Assembly (NCBI GenBank): GCA_028534125.1
Contig: CM052816.1
Span: 90,460,001-90,524,000 of the forward strand
Source of the DNA: Lama glama
Lineage: Eukaryota
Length of the DNA stretch: 64,000 nt
Direction of reading: 5' to 3'
The position numbers and the translations under genes were made by a program. The notes under the pieces were generated by a model. It ran no database searches. It was given only the letters and a program-made list of their open reading frames with translations, and was not told the origin of the DNA. Below, piece after piece: positions 24,496 through 35,290 of the stretch; position 1 is the first letter of the stretch, and each line of letters begins with the position of its first letter.

Positions 24496-25630
24496 TTTTT
24501 TTTTTTATTGTTATTGTTGTTGTTTATGAATTAAATTCTTTGGTTAAATACTTTTCAATCCCTTAAATCAGAGTCAATCCAGGGACACCCCTTCTCAGGA
24601 CTCAGACTTGCAAGAACAGTTCACACTTTACCTCATCCCTTCCAAATCTGTCCTCTTGTTTTATTCTCTTCAGTCCCTTTTTCTCAGGTAACAAACAGAA
24701 GGTAATACTAACTTCAGACCCAGGTAAGGTGGACTCCTGCCTGGGTCCCTGTGCCTCGGGGCCCTGCACTCCCCTGTGTCTTCATGAAATTTTGACGACT
24801 CTCTACCCGCACTGCCCTAGTGCTGGGGCTTGACTGGAGCTGGCAGCATTGTCTGGTGGCCCTGAGCCTGGGCAGAGGGCGGCATGTGCCCAGTCTCTGT
24901 TTCTCTGCTTTAGACTTCTCTCCAACCCTCCATCCTGTGCACGGGGTGGGTTTGGTGCCCCAATTTGCTCTAAAGCTTGTGCCTGTGGGGTCATCCTGAG
25001 GCCCTGGAGTTGGGCTGCAGTTTTCAGAAGGCAAGCTGGTGAGTGCTGCTCACCAGTTGTACTGCTCCCAAAGTGCTGACAGGCACAGAACTGCTTTCAT
25101 GGGAGGGGTGAGACTGGGCTACACTGGAAGGGTGCTGACACTCAGATTTTGAGTGATTCTCAGTCACACGGACACAGGATGAGTTCAGAACTCTGGGCTC
25201 CCAACAGCCTATGGCCCACCCTTGAGTTTGAACAGCATATGTGGTCTCCTGCATCCCGAGTCACCCACCATGCTTCCCCCGTGCTGCTGCCTCTGGTCTT
25301 CAGCACCCAAAATGGCACCCCCCGCTGCTGGCACTCAGGGCAGTCACCTCATCTCTCCACAGGCTCTGCACCACATGTCACACTGTCCTTGGGGGTGACC
25401 ACACCCATCTGCTCCAAGCAGGAGGTGAGACTGTTGCTCTACCACGTCAACAGGCCCTTCTAGTCCATGTCTTCTCTTGCCTCCAATTGATGTGGTGACT
25501 TTGTGCTCTCCAAGGTCCAGCTGAGCCACATGGGGGTCAGGGCTTCCTTGTATGAGTTGGATGACTCTTGCTCTACCTACAGACCCCCCCCACCTGCCCC
25601 ACTGGCCATGGTGGGTCAAAACCAGGGGTG
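24496..25630. pseudogene. Candidate processed pseudogene (parent unidentified, possibly internally inverted)
   Basis: GC-rich, CpG-poor block; T11 tract at 24496-24506; plus-frame ORFs 25149-25463 and 25503 onward share one frame broken by TAG and TGA, with 25 of 28 codons ending in G/C at 25377-25460. Confidence 0.5.
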
Positions 25631-25716
25631 CAATCAACAAGGAAAGAAATCACATTTTAGGACTGCTGTGACTGCAGCCTCAAGAGTTCAAGAGAAGACA
25701 CAGTTGGAAAGTGTTC

Positions 25717-25739
25717 TATATATATATATATATATATAT
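25717..25739. repeat. (TA)n microsatellite
   Basis: Directly visible. Confidence 0.95.
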
Positions 25740-28030
25740 GCTATAAAATGCCAAGTGATAAATTTAACACAGCCATAAAATAAATCACTGTGCACATTTT
25801 CCTGTATACTGTGTGCATTTGTGGTCATCTTCAAAGAATCACAGGAACAACCTTCAAAGAGCCATCGGAAGCCAGTCTCACAGGGAGCAGGATGGATGGT
25901 GCAGCACCATGAATAATGGTGTAACCAATGTGAAACAAATGGCATCAGGACACGTAGTCAAGAAGAGCTATAAAATTTCAGTGCAGACAGGTCCTGAGAG
26001 CTATGGGACTTGAATAATAAGTGTTGTTACTTTTTTTCCCTCAGTGGGAAATATGAAATTACCCAGTAACAGCACATTTGACAACAAAGAATATGAAGAA
26101 CTGATTCCTGGATCTAAACTGAGACAGTGTCTAGATACCATGAAAAATCAATTGTTCTGATTGGTCAGTAAACAAATACATCAGTACCTCTTTTCTAGTC
26201 ATCATTCTAAACCTTTAGTGACAAATCACTCTGCCTCAGATGTTCACGAATTTTGCAAAATATTTTAAAATGAAATTGATTATCTAAACAAAGGACCCAC
26301 ATGAAAACTATGTATCCAGGATCCCATACACCCTCGGGGTGGTCTTGAAGCAAGAGATGGAGTGAAGAGCTCCACTATGTCCCAGTTCTAAAAAGTGCAC
26401 CACAAAGGATGAGACTGTCACAAAGATGACTGAGTTTTCCTGGCATCTTTATCAATTTTCATTTCTTTTTAAGGATCAAGGGAAGCAGAAAAATCATACT
26501 TGGAGAATTTGTCTTAGGTTCTGTAACAGGTAGAAACGCTGGTTGAATCTTGAGGCCAATATCAAGAGTCTGACTTCTGCTCAACAGGGTGAACTTACTG
26601 AGGCCACATTAACACCCCTGTCCAAGGAAAGAATGAGGACAATATGGCTTTGCAGCCATACAACTTGAAGAAACAGCATATGAGGGATGGGCTGCCGGTC
26701 TAACTAGAGAATGAAGTATAAAATAACATGACTGCAAGCTAAGGAGAAGGACAATTCATTATAACAAGAAGGTTCCCTGGCAATGTCTAGGGAGTCACTG
26801 TGGCTTTATTCACAGTTAAAACAAAACTTGGGAAAGAAGCTGAGCTTTTTTCAAGACCGGTTGAGTCCTAGTCCCCTGTTCTTTGGCAACTGCTTCCCTC
26901 TCTTTCCGCTCCTTCTGTGCCAGTGCACACAACATATTCCCTGGGCACTGAGCCCCCTGCTCTGTGGAAGAGCTCAAACAAACACGGTAGATTCTGGTCC
27001 TCACTCACAGCAGCACTTGCACACTCAGAAGTGCTGACATCTACATGGATTCTTCTTCCATCAGTTTCATTGCTTTGAAGCATAGCCATTCCTTCCTTTG
27101 CTTTGTCATAATTATGTCCATGGGTATCTCCACTCATTTGCCCAAAGAGCCGTGAGAAATGTGTAACTCTAGAACAGCAGAAACATAACCCACTGCCACT
27201 TCCCTTTTTTGGAGTCCCTTGCCTAGGTCAGGGATAGCACTTGCGGTATTAATGCTCTGTCGGGGAGAATTACAAAAGTGTAAGTAAGTTCTATTTGCGC
27301 AGAATTCTAACATCAGCCATCACTGGAAACCACAATTCATTCAAACAAAAGTTATGTGCAGTAGCTCTGCCATTTAGAGGGGGCGAGTTATCCATCTTTC
27401 CTTTGTTTAGTAAAGCATGCTCTTCTGACAGGTTGCTAATCTCTATTTCTGTCACTGCATTGGTAGTGGAAATCCGACAGAGGCTGTAGCTTTGTTTGGC
27501 AACCTCAGACAGGACTGGGAGAAGGAAAAAGGTTTAAAAAAAAAAAAAGAGTATGGTACAAGGAAACTAAGAAAAAGGAAAAGAAAAGAAAGAGGGATTG
27601 GATACCACCAGCAATGGCCCATCTATCAGAGAGAAGCTCTCAGGCCGTGGTAACGTACTGTTTGTAATGTACATGCGGCGTATAGCACAGCAGAGCAACA
27701 GCAGAGGTTGTGTCTTGAAAATGAATTGGCTAAGGAGGATTGCCTATCTTGCTGAATACATATGTAAACTTTGTTACCAATCAGTACTTCTTTCATTGTT
27801 GCGTTTCAGTATCCTTCTTTAAATAAAAGCAAAGGCTGTGATGCAGTGTGATGCAGAGTTCACCTAGCACAATGCCCTTTATTCCAGCAAGTCTATTAAC
27901 ATAACAATAATTGTGCCCAAGGCCATAACACAAACACCAAACAGAAGACATTGTTTTCGTCCTGGCTTTAAAAAGTCTTCAGTATATGGGGTGATTCCGT
28001 TGCTTTAATTATTTTTCTGAAGTTTGTAAA

Positions 28031-28248
28031 TAATAGCTACCATTTAGTGAATGTTTATAATGCTCCAGATATGCTTTAAGACATTTAAAGATAATAGTTG
28101 ATGGAAGTCTTGCAACAGCCCTGCTCTGACTTTGCAGATGAGGAAACGGAGGTCAGAAAGACTAAGAAACCCTCTGCAAGTGTCACAGTAAGAGATGGAG
28201 CTGGGTTATAACCACAAAGAAGTTCATTCAGAAGCACTTTTGCTCTCT
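28031..28248 (-). mobile_element. MIR SINE
   Basis: TAATAGCTACCATTTAGTGAATG...TTTGCAGATGAGGAAACGGAGGTCAGA. Confidence 0.8.
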
Positions 28249-30820
28249 CAGATATTCCAAAGCATCACGTCAATGAGCATCAGCTGGCGGAAAAGGCAAA
28301 TCACAAGACTTCTTGATTTGAGTCTACTCACTGTATCTGCAATTAATGCCATTCATCAACGAAATAAATATGCTTTCTCCTGTCCCGATTTTTAGAGTGC
28401 TGTGTTTCCTGGGATCTGGCAAAGGCTGAGTATTCATTCAGGAAGCGAGCAAACAACTGGTGGAATCTCTTCACAGTGTCATGGACAGTTTACTCATTGT
28501 TAAGCATCCACAAGACCCTCAAACCTGGACAGAACATGAAAGAACATTGTTCCTGCTCCATCTTCTAAATAAGTCAGAGTACCCCAAGTAAGGATCAGCA
28601 GAACTTTCTACTGCCTGTAGTAGGTGGGACGTTGTACACTGTTAGGTATGATCATCTGGACATACAGCATTTCATTTTTCATTTTGTTCCCCAAAATGAA
28701 AGCCAGCAGGAGCAAGTTCCTTAAACCAAGTACCTTCCTACCACTGTGCTGGTGGGACTGGTGAGGGATGGGAGGCTGTTCCTATTTAGTTCTGAGAACT
28801 AACACACATAATGGAAATGTGATCTCACAAAACTATACCTCTGGGGAAGCATCACCTTTCAGTCTCACAACCTTTAATTACCTATAATTCACGCTTTCAT
28901 AATGGAATTATGGGCTAACATCACATTTGTGCACAACACAGACTTCACACAAGCAGTGAAATGAGCATAAATCAATTACAGCAGCCTGGTCAATCAAAGA
29001 CACGTAAGTAGCTACTTATCCATATGCCATTCTAGAAAAATTTCCCCTTCCTTTTCAGTTTATCTCCAGGGTACAAAAGCCTAAGTCCAAGGAAAAAAGA
29101 AACATCCTATCATTTCTATGTCCATTTTTTCCAAGGAGAGCTTCAAACTCAACTTTAGAAATTTTCTCAAAAGATACTCTCTTAATGGTAATATTCAAAT
29201 AATTTAATATTTAAATTTTGAAATATTAGAAATATTTTAATATTGATAACCAACTTTTGGTGGACTTTTTAGTTTGCAGAGAAAATTCACATATTATTCT
29301 TATAACACTCCAAACAATGCTGGGAAAGGTCAGGCCATGTGATCACCAACACTTTACACATAAAATTATGAACGGAAAGAGGTGACGTAACATGATTACT
29401 GGTCACATGGCTGGGAGATACAGTTGAAGTTCAAGCCCAGGTTTTCTGAGGCTGAAATGTTCAGCAAAACTCCACTTTAATATGATTCAGTCCATAGTCA
29501 CATAAATTTTAATAAACAGAAATCAAGAAAATATTTCAAGGCTAGACCATCTGAGTGTTTTCCTGAGATATTTTCTGTAAATTCAAGCCGAGCGCAATTT
29601 CCACCACATGAAAGACAAGGGAGCAAAACTGAACTGAACATGAAAACCAAGTTATTTTTACTGCCCATGCTGTATAAAAGGAAAGAGGAGGAAAAAGCTG
29701 AAAGATCAAATGACAAAGAAGTTTCTAAATCTGTCGCTGGGTAACGTATTGCCAAATTCTTGGTGTTTTTAACCCAAGAAGTTTGAATTTTGCATCCCAC
29801 TACAAAGGGTTCATATTCCATTCTTTCTCTCTCTCTCCCCCCCTCCCCCTCTCTCTTTCTATTTCGTTCCCCCCCGCCCCCGCCCCGAACCACCCTCTGG
29901 AGCACAATGGGAGAGAGGCAGGCTTACTGATCAATACATGTATAATTCATAAAAGTAAAGGGAACTGTTTTCCAGTCTTTGACATATTCTCTTTTCTTCT
30001 CATTTTTCCTAATTTTCCAGGCATGACATTGTCTAATGAAGGCACAGGGTGCTGCAGACCCAGATAAAACACAGAGGACATGACGTATGCCTGGAGAGAT
30101 GCATCTGGGGGCACAGAAACCCACCGCGGACGTCTTCATTCTCCATGTCTGCATATCCGATCACCTAGAAAACGTTTGTGGGCCGCCAGTAATTCTTTCC
30201 AAAGCCGTATTTAACCTTCTGAAGTCACATTAGCTGTCAGAGCTTTGGCATTTGTGGCCTCAAAAACAGATCAATATACTCTCTATTTTGAAGGGTATCA
30301 GGTTCTCCGGGTCAGTAGCAGGGAGGCTGCGGGGCGGGAGGAGCGGGCCTCTCTGAGCAGCCCTCCCCGGACAGGCGGGACCTTCCTGAAGCTTGTGTGG
30401 CCTTGCTCACCTGGCACAGGCTGAGGCGCCACGTTTCTACTGGACACTCAGAAACCTGGGCCAACAAATCCTGGCCAAAGCCCAAGCTAATCACAGTCTG
30501 TGGGTGGTGGGAGCAATCCCCCAAAGTACCCCCGTGGTTAAGTCTCAGGGAGGTTCTGAAATGTCTGCACATAGAAACAGTTCTGCTGCTGTCTCTTCTG
30601 GAATATTATATACACTGATAATATATTATTTATCGTTTATCCTAGGTGTTCATTTGGTTCACCCATATACCTCAGATGGAACCATTGCGGACCCATGGTA
30701 AGGGGTCAAAGATTTGATTAATACATTTTGAGTGAAATACTAGTTGGATATGGAAGCTAGAATTTTCTCTTTAAGCGCTACAACTTTTTAAACACTCCCC
30801 AGTTTAGAAACAGCTACCAA

Positions 30821-30912
30821 ATATGAAAACAAATATACGTATGTGTATGCATGACTGGGACATAGTGCTGTGCACCAGAGATAAATGCATTGTAATTGAT
30901 TGTACTTCAATA
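30821..30912 (+). mobile_element. LINE-1 3' tip (~90 bp)
   Basis: ATGCATGACTGGGACATAGTGCTGTGCACCAGAG...TGTACTTCAATA; TSD GAAACAG(C/T)TACCAA at 30807-30820 and 31239-31252 encloses the tip plus the purine tract. Confidence 0.85.
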
Positions 30913-31000
30913 GAGAGAAAGAAAGGAAGAAAGGAAGAAAGGAAGAAAGGAAGGAAGGAAGGAAGGAAGGAAGGAAGGAAGGAAGGAAGGAAGGAAGGAA

Positions 31001-31066
<66 letters not shown>

Positions 31067-31237
31067 GAGAAAGAAAGAAAGAAGGAAGGAAAGAAAGAAA
31101 GAAAGAAGGAAGGAAAGAAAGAGAGAAAGAAAGAGAGAAAGAAAGAAAGAGAGAAAGAAAGAAAGAGAGGAAGAAAGAAAGAGAGGAAGAAAGAAAGAGA
31201 GGAAGAAAGAGGAAGGAAGGAAGGAAGGAAGGGGAAA
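30913..31237. repeat. Compound (GGAA)n/(GAAA)n polypurine microsatellite
   Basis: About 325 bp of A/G only; it explains the low-complexity ORFs at 30788-31524. Confidence 0.98.
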
Positions 31238-32020
31238 TGAAACAGTTACCAATACAATCCACTGTGAAAGTTAGGAATTTTTTTTTCCAACTTGCCATTA
31301 TTAATAGCCATTCACTTCCCCAAGAAAATCCACAAAGGAAGGAAAGAAATTTCAGCCCTTCTCCTTTCACTCCACCCAGAAGTCATCCTTTGGGAGAAGA
31401 CAAAATGGAAAGCAGGCCCTTAAAGCCTGCGAACTTGAAATTTTTCAATTGCACACGAATGCTTGCTTATGTGTATGTGTTGCTGGAATTGCTTTATAAA
31501 TTGTGCCTGGGCAGGGGAAGCTGAGTGAAATATCCAAAATTCAACTGAATATCTTGTAGAATATTTATCCAAGTCCGTAAGTCTTCAATATCATGAAAAG
31601 AATGTAGGATCGAATCCAGATTTTTTTTAAATCACTTAATAGAAAAAACACTTAATTTGGGATTCCGCCAAATACAGTGGTCTTAAGAAACCAAGGGAAA
31701 GTATATTTACGGATCTTATGACCCAAGAAGCATAAACTCCCATTAAGTGATCAAACTGGTTGTAATCCGAAGGTTGCTGTGAGGAAAGATGAGAATCAAG
31801 GGACGGATGTCCAACCTGGAGCCGGAGAGGCGGCCGCAAGACCAAAGACATCTGCTGTCTGAAGCTGTAAGGCCCATGACATAACAGATGTGACACGGGG
31901 CCCCGTGAGCCACTAGAAAGACGGGACATTTTGCAGATGTGAAATTGAAAATGTTGATTTTGACAACATGAATTTGAAAATATCAATATTATTATAGAAA
32001 CACATACAAAAGGCATAAAA

Positions 32021-32205
32021 TAGTAATCCTCAGACTTGAGCATGCGTCAGAATCACCAGCAGGGCTTGCCTAAATGCAGACTCCTGGGGCCCAAACCCTC
32101 AGCCTCCAATTCAGTAGGTCTTGGGTGCACCCAGAGAATCTGCATTTCTAACAAGTTCCCAGGCGATGCCGCTGCCACTGGTCCAGAGACTACACTTCAG
32201 AGGAT
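32021..32205. mobile_element. hAT-Charlie MER5A-like element
   Basis: TCAGAATCACC...AATTCAGTAGGTCTTGGGTG...AGAATCTGCATTTCTAACAAGTTCCCAGGCGATG. Confidence 0.88.
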
Positions 32206-34370
32206 ATTCCTCCAGGAAAGAGTTTGCAATTTACCAAGTCCTTTCTGTGTATCACCTCCCCTGAGGTAGGAAGGCATCCGTGGGAGCACCCTCCCCCTCT
32301 CCTATTGCTGAGGTGGCCTCGTCACAGAGCGGCTGCTGAACAAGGCACACGTTAGAAGTAAACAATGGTGAAAAGGTTCTTAGCCGGCTTCGGACAATAA
32401 GCTTCTATTAACATTCCCGACTTGAGACAAACCATTCAGGTCTGCGCTGGTGGGTGTGACTGATGCTAGACCAGACAGAGCCGTGCTGGGGGTGATCAGA
32501 GGCAGAAGCTGGCTCGGGGTCCCAGCAGTGCCAGCTGCTTTGTGTGCGGTCCCTCGGGCCCCATCCTGTGTGGCTGCAGCTGGCCTCCCATCTGCCTGAT
32601 CTCAGTGCAATTTGCAGACAGAGCAATAGGGGATCATGAAGGCCAAATCGGAGTGATTCTTTTGCTTTCTTGCTTTCTTGCTCTCTTTTCTTCCTTTCTT
32701 TTTTCCACCAGCCACTGATAGTTGGCAAAGAGATTAAAAGTAGAAAATATTAGACCTCCCTTTTCAATCCTTGCAGTAATGAATACAGAGAGAAAGGTAT
32801 TTTATGGGAACTGTAAATAGCTTTCAGATAATCACACACATTTAACTTGAACAGGGAGCCTGCTTTATTTACTGCAACCCCAAGTGGCTGTCCTTCCTAA
32901 GTTGTCCTTCATATGTCCTATATGTCTTTTAACAAAATTTAATGTTCAGAGTTGCAGAAGGAGGTAAATATGAGATATTTGAGATTTATATTGTTTTTCT
33001 CTAAATAACTTTCTAATTAAAAAATTTTAATCTAATGTTCTATTTGGTAGCTAATGGTTTGGGGAAGTAAAAAATAAAGAATATATTTACCATAATCCTG
33101 GAAAAAATTATGAGGCATATTACAATTACTTATTTTTTTAATAGGTGACCTATCTTCTGTATAAAATTTGACTTAAGTAATATCATTGTTTTTTTTTTAG
33201 ATAAATGTGCCTGGTAATCAAACTTCAAATTAAGCAGAGAATAACATGCTTCCATGTCTGAGAAAGATGTTCTAGTAAGTCTTTAAGATAAGCAAGGATT
33301 TTCAAAGGAAATATTTATGAAAATAGTTTTCTTTTGAAAGAACCAGTAAAAAAAGCTAACGGGATTAATGAGGACCACCCAGATTTCAAATATGCTTTCT
33401 TCTCATCATGGTTTCTGTGCCCATGTTTCAGTTGGACAGTACAGCCTTATGAAAATGGCAGAGGTAGAACACACACTAGTATCACAGATCAATCCATGTT
33501 ACAGCAGGGGACACAGAGGTGGGGAGAGGGTAGAGAGGGCTATGCAGTGGGTTGGTGCAATAACCAGAGCTTCTAACCCCTAACTCTGTGTTCCTTCCTG
33601 AATTAAGGAATTATTTCCATTACTGAGAAAAGGTAACTCATAAATGTATGTCTGTAGAACTTCACTCTGAATTGCCAACTGGGCCAATTCTCCCTCTCCT
33701 TGTTGAGAAAAAAGTGGGCTGATGTGGGGGCAAAGAGTCTGTCTCTGCTGTCCCTTGGGCAGAAAAGCCAGTATGGTTTTTACCATTATTTGCTGAGATT
33801 TCCAGGTGACAGGTTATAAGACTAATAATGTCACTGTGCCTTATATTGGGGTAATGCACATGACCCTTCTGCTCCCCACCCCGCTACATCTGCTTTTCAA
33901 ATTGAGACTTTTCCAGCTAGAAACCAAGGGAAATGTCTGAAGGCCTGATCTGCCCCTATGAGAGGTGTGACACCCAGCAATTCTAGAATTTCCATCTAGA
34001 GGATGCTGGTCAAATGAGCATCCCAGGCAGCCTTGGGGGAAAGGAGAGGGTCCCAAAGAGGATCCCTGGAATCTGAATAGAAAGTGTGAAGGAAACTCAA
34101 GGTGGAGCTGGGCATATGAACTCTGTCTTTCTTCACTAAACTGGCTTCTTACCTGGGGCTGGCTGAAGGCTGTGCAAATCTCAGTCTATTCCTTCTCACC
34201 CCAAATGGGCTAATATTCCAACATGGAGCCAGGATCCTTGGCTCCCAGTCCAAATCAAAGTGGGTCATCTGTCCTTCCTGGGCACAGCCCAAGAAGGGAG
34301 GTCAATAGAATTGTCTTACTTGACAATTCTAACAGCTCCATCAGGACCTCAGTCAAGAGAATACCTGGTG

Positions 34371-34856
34371 ACTTCTTGGGTATGTATCAGGAGGGAACTC
34401 TAATTCAAAAAGATACATGCACCCCAATGTTCATAGAAGCACTATATACAATAGCCAAGACATGTAAACAACCTAAATGTCCATCAACAGAGGACTCAAT
34501 AAAGAAGATGTGATATATTTATACAATGGAATACTACTCAGTCATAAAAAAGAATAAAATAATGCCTTTTGCAGAAACATGGATGGACCTGGAGATCATC
34601 ATTCAAAGTAAGGTGAGCCAGAAAGAGAAAAAAAAACCATATGATATAACTCATATAAAATACATAAACAGCAAGTTTCTCCTGTGTAGCACAGAGAACT
34701 ATATCCAATATCTTGTAGTAACCTATAATGAAAAAGAATATGAAAATGCATATATGTACGTGTATATATGACTGAAACATTATGCTGTATGCCAGAAATA
34801 ATTGATGCATTGTAAACTGACTATACTTCAATAAAAAGAAAAAGAAAAGAAAGAAA
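34371..34856 (+). mobile_element. LINE-1 3' end with internal 3'UTR deletion
   Basis: Encodes KDTCTPMFIEALYTIAKT and MEYYSVIKKNKIMPFAETWMDLE (ORF2 end); A-rich tail. Confidence 0.92.
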
Positions 34857-34918
34857 TATATATACCATCCCCTTCTGTCCTCCTTGGGTCTTATTTACTT
34901 AGCAAAACCTTTTTTTCA

Positions 34919-35290
34919 TGTGTGTCAGTCCAGGGTCTCCAAGAAGCAGACATGAAGACGCAATTAGATAGTTGAGAGATTGTGGTGCGAGTGGAGGGGA
35001 AATCCAAGTGAAGGACAGAGGGGAGGAGAGAGAGGGCAGGGATATTTTGGAGACGGTCTTCAGCCTGAGCTGCAGTTCTGACACCTGAGAAAGGAAAGAG
35101 GGAGCCTCAGCCTGCAGTGGGCTCTGCGAGCATCTTTTCCAGGTTGACGGTGAGCCCTGGAGCAGAGCTTACCCATCAAAGGACACCTGCCTTCTGCAGC
35201 AAAGAACTGGTGTTAGTACTGCTCGCCAGCCTCCCACCCCACAGCAGAGTTTCTCAAAGGGATTGCTGGGCACCTACCTCATGGCACCAC
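34919..35290 (-). mobile_element. ERVL LTR, LTR16A-like
   Basis: GGGTCTCCAAGAAGCAGAC...TGCAGTTCTGACACCTGAGAAAGGA...CCTCAGCCTGCAGTG motifs as I recall them for LTR16A. Confidence 0.65.

Noticed and set aside
25344..25615. Minus-strand Kozak-like CCCACCATGG start (MASGAGGGGL...)
   Set aside because: Several stops follow quickly, and the neighbouring minus frame looks like the antisense shadow of the high-GC3 plus frame.
30788..31524. Longest ORFs in the track (up to 233 aa, K/E/R- or F/L/S-rich)
   Set aside because: Read-through of the (GGAA)n/(GAAA)n microsatellite, which has no stop codons.
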